The notes under the pieces are model-generated. The model saw nothing but the letters and a program-made list of their open reading frames with translations, made no database searches and was not told the DNA's origin. Shown here piece after piece: positions 60,165-64,000 of a stretch of 64,000 bases of DNA; position 1 is the first letter of the stretch; the number at the start of each line of letters is the position of its first letter. A program made the position numbers and the translations under genes. This stretch comes from Paraphysomonas bandaiensis (taxonomy: Eukaryota; Protista; Chrysophyceae), in contig CBFFRP010000109.1 of the NCBI GenBank assembly GCA_965644295.1, forward strand, positions 83,314 to 147,313, in the 5' to 3' direction.

Positions 60165-63100
60165 ATGAGAGAAATATACCGCAAGAGTCCACTACAAGGC
60201 TTCCAATCCACTAAAGTGAATATGCTTGATCCCCTCATACATATCTTACCCCTCTATTTCTATCAGGTGGAGAGTATAGCCTCAACAAGTGATGGAAGGA
60301 AACTATTCACAGGATGCTCTGATGGAACGATTGCATACTATGAATGTACACGTAATGGATCATCATCGAATGGTAATACATCTGTAGTCATTGTATACAT
60401 GATTTATGTATATTCTATATGATATTATGATGCAGCTTACTATGACTGTCATATGGTTGAGTTAATATCAAGATCCACACGTGAGAAGAAGCCAATTACT
60501 AGTTTAAAGGTTGTTGAGGTATGTCAGATCCTGTTTGTTTATGAAAGAAGTTAGATTACTGTATCAGGCCTGGAACGTGATGATTGGTATATGTGATTCA
60601 TACGTGGTCGCAATCGATCTGCACTCATACACTGCTCTAAACCAAATGCCTGAAACAAAAGGCACAAATCTGTATTGCATTAACGAGAGAACATCGTTAC
60701 TGTGCGTGGGTCAGAAGCACAAAATTAAGGTATTCTCCTGGCAGGGGGGAATGGGCGGTGGTTTTGTATTAAAAAAGGAGTTATCTTTTTCTGAGAGTCC
60801 GAGGTTACTGATGTGTACAGGAGGTGGCGGGGGATGTATAATCGCAGGATTTAAAAAGCATTACGATACCATAGACGCTCATTCGTACGCCAACACCAAA
60901 CTTCTCGACTTTGACCGTGAACACAAATTGGTATCCGTAGAAGTACCAGTTACTGCCACACGTCCAATGCCAAGTGTTATTCTGTCGGTGGGACAGCAGG
61001 GGAGTTTAGTTGATGTGTTCGGTGGTAATGGCGTTTCTCTCGAGGAGCGTATCGAGTGGGCGAGTCCACCTATGGCCGCTCATGTTTCGGTTCCTTTTAT
61101 TATATCAATGCTCCAAGATGCGATTGAGATACACGATATTGGTAGTCTTTCCTCCCTGCAGCGTATTCGGTTCCCAGCACCCGGTGCGCCAATCTCAATG
61201 AGTGCCATCGACTCATTTGCTGGAGGGGGTGGAAGCACATCAGCAGTCCTAGTAGCCAGTTCAGATGCTGTGCAAGTGTTGAGCATGGTCCCTTTGTCTC
61301 TCCAGGTAGGTGCGGCCGCTATCAGTCCGCTGATTAATAATATATTGCGTGGGACAGGTAATGCGACTTGTTGAAGAAGGTGCTTTCGAGGATGCTCTCA
61401 ATATTTGCTCGTCTTGTCGTGCTCACGGTGGTGGTGGATCTTCTCAATTGGCAGATATTGACGTGCGCAATATTCACGAGAAGTTTGGATCGGTTCTGTA
61501 CCGTCATGGTGACTTTGACGGAGCAGTTGTCAACTACTTAGCCGCGAACAGTGATATGGTTGAAGTTCTCCTTCTCTTCCCTGATTTTGTCCCACAGCAG
61601 CTGATAGCTGCAATGTTTCCCCAGGGCACACCATCCTATGTTTTAGGAGGAGTCGCTGTCCCATCTCCGCAGAGTCATACTAGACTGACAGGGGCTATAT
61701 TGAACCGAGCATCAGCGGCTGTAGTTCAGTATTGCGAGAAAATGAGACCTAAGGTGCGTATCGTTGCATCAGGACATGGACATCAAATGTACAACTGCTC
61801 ATCTATATATGTGTTCTTTGTTTATAGATTACTGAAGAAGCAAATAAAGCCGAAGGTCGACGGCCCATCTCCGCCATGGGTTCTTATGATCACTCACGAT
61901 TAGGGGTAAGTACATGTCTATCAACAGTGTAGACGATTCGATTAATTACTGCCTTTTTTGTGGCTCTAGACTTCCTTTGCTACCGCTGGTGATAATTCAG
62001 ACTCGCCTTCTGAGGACCCTGTCAAGAGATCAGTTCTACTCGACACTGTATTGGTGAATGCCCTGGTGTCGTCGTCTTCGATTAGGTGTGTGTAACTCGC
62101 CCATCGTTGCAGTCAGCTTCTAAAGATGTGTTCTATTATAGTGCATCCCGACGAAACTCTGTTATAGAAGTCCTTTCTGGAAGCAATAGGTGCCATATTG
62201 AGTCATGCGCGGTTTTACTTGCTTCCCAGGGAAACTCATTTACAGGTGAATTTCTTGATCCTGAATAATCAGCAATATTTGTGACGCTTGCGCGTATTGT
62301 AGAAGCACTATTGTGGCTGTATCGCTCTCATGGAGAGCACCAGACGTGTACTATCTGCCTTAAATGAAGACCGCTGTGTGGGAAGTGGTACAGCCTGGTC
62401 TAAGAGTTCGTTTTATCAGTGGACGGCTGAATATTTGTGCTGGCTATGGTTTTCAGAAGATACTACTTTGCCGCCTATGGTAATGCCTGCTCTAAAACCA
62501 GTTATTGAGTACGATGCTTGGATGGGACTAGGGGTACTTACGGGTGGTTCCAAGAGGCCCACTACAACAGGTGGTCGGGGGGTGGACTCTAAAGAAGTCG
62601 TCGCGTTCTTGGAGAGTATTAAAAATCCCGGAAATTCCTCTGAAAGTACCAAATCGAACCCTCTCCCACATTCCCGCCTACCTTCCCGTCTACTCCTCCT
62701 GTGCCCCTTCTGAATGGACGATCTCTGGCTGTCACTTATCTAGAGTGGCTGGTGGGGTCAGGATCCGCGTCCACTGATGTACTGGACGAGTATGCGCAGG
62801 TATAATCACAATCCTGAGGGTAATAAATTTGTAATGGCCTCCGCAGTTGCTGATGGAAGGTGTTCCGCTACGAGACACTGTAGACCATTCAAAGAACGAC
62901 CTCACAATTCTTGATTCGGACAGTGATGAGCTGAGGATGTATAAGATATTCCGCACAAAGCTGCAAACGTTCCTTGAATCTTCATTGCCTTATCACCCTG
63001 AGAGGATCATGAAATTTCTTCCACAGGAACTTTTGCATGAGTATGCGTTATTGTTATCCCGCCTTGGAAGCCACGAAGAAGTACTGACGATATATGTGCA

Positions 63101-63690
63101 CCAACTGAGGGAAAGTGAAGCAGCTGAGGCCTATTGTGATAAGATATACAGGTGTGCCGTTCTTTAATATTGTTGTACCGATGTTTAATATGCGAGGGAG
63201 TAGTCAGCAGTTGAAGCGTGAGACAGAAGCCGCAAAGAGGGGAGAGCAGGCTGATATTCAGAATGAAGGCAAAGACGTGTCTGTTGTGCCTCATCAAGGT
63301 TTGTGTATATTTCTTGCACCCCATGCTGTTCAGATGTTTCTGTCACTCAGGTTCAGCTAGCTCTTGCATCACCGCATGCCTACCGAGATGATTCCACCAG
63401 CGTATCATCCTCTTTGACACAATTGGACGCCCTCCGACTAGCTATATCAACCGCTGAAAAGTATTTTGATCGACTGAATCCATGCGATGTGCTTGATATC
63501 CTCCCGTCTTCGGCGCCCCTGACTCTGCTTCAAGAACTTCTTCCAGCAAGTCTATCGAACACCAGAATTCAAAGAAGCGAAATATGCAGGTGATGTACGG
63601 AATTGGACATGCGTACAAAAGCTAAATTTTGTGTGATAGATACTTCATCAATTGTTACGGGTACACAGGTAAACCTCCAGAACGAATGAT
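60165..63690 (+). CDS. VPS39: Vps39/Vam6 (TGFBRAP1-like) CNH plus clathrin-repeat protein, multi-exon, with apparent indels in the 3' part
   Basis: KLFTGCSDG, ETKGTNLY, IEWASPP..PFII, EVLLLFPDF, RTKLQTFLESSLPYHPE, EYALLLSRLGSHEEVLTIYVHQL..AEAYC. Confidence 0.85.
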
Positions 63691-64000
63691 TCCGAGATTT
63701 AGCTTGCTTGTCAGGAGTGTTGCTTAGATAGTGTTGTGTAAAGCGAATTTGTATAGGTAGGTGGTTCGAAGCATTTTAACTGAAGAATTCCATGCTTCGG
63801 TCTATTTATTGAGTGTGGCGAGCAGTATGATGGTGGCTTTGGAGATAATGAGATCGATAACATAATATGTATACCTTACTTTCCAGTAGCAACGATTAAA
63901 TGTTGAGGACATTGCATGCCATAACTGTAGCAGGCTTCAATATGCTAAGCAGAGTAAAAGTAACTACTGCTTTAATAAAGCTATTATTATAAGTAATCGT

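Noticed and set aside
62330-63690. Several frameshifts in VPS39 (~62340, ~63530-63545, ~63668) as recoding or pseudogenisation
   Set aside because: Scattered single-base indels in an otherwise conserved housekeeping gene are more likely consensus errors; needs read data
1-64000. CRISPR arrays, rRNA/tRNA genes, prokaryotic operons
   Set aside because: None recognised; the window is intron-rich eukaryotic DNA and the repeats are dispersed TEs

Overview
Eukaryotic, gene-dense DNA with many short (~45-60 nt) GT-AG introns. It probably comes from a flagellated protist, possibly a stramenopile (inference). About 13 host genes are present: an EHD C-terminus, a large unknown multi-exon gene, kinesin-2, a pseudokinase-like gene, a coiled-coil gene, a myristoylated EF-hand protein, ARPC1, a TMEM254-like gene, an ABHD hydrolase, a TEY MAPK, FAM184, an RCC1-repeat protein and VPS39. 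Most are arranged as head-to-head pairs. The spacers downstream of genes hold two young Ty1/copia LTR retrotransposons (one with TA...CA termini), an unusual Ty3/gypsy element and a hAT-like MITE. The gypsy element has a CCCH-finger Gag, gag and pol in frame across a single UGA-CUAG readthrough-type stop, an RT motif IFDN instead of YxDD, a chromodomain-like integrase tail and no 5' LTR. The most notable system is a ~510-bp non-coding retroposon family with seven copies. It has variable-length TSDs and a fixed 5' end (CCCTCA...) that folds by eye into an HDV-like ribozyme resembling the trypanosomatid ingi/L1Tc/RIME/SIDER 5' signature. One copy is split 6 nt from its 5' end by the gypsy element. 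All calls are by eye; no searches were run.
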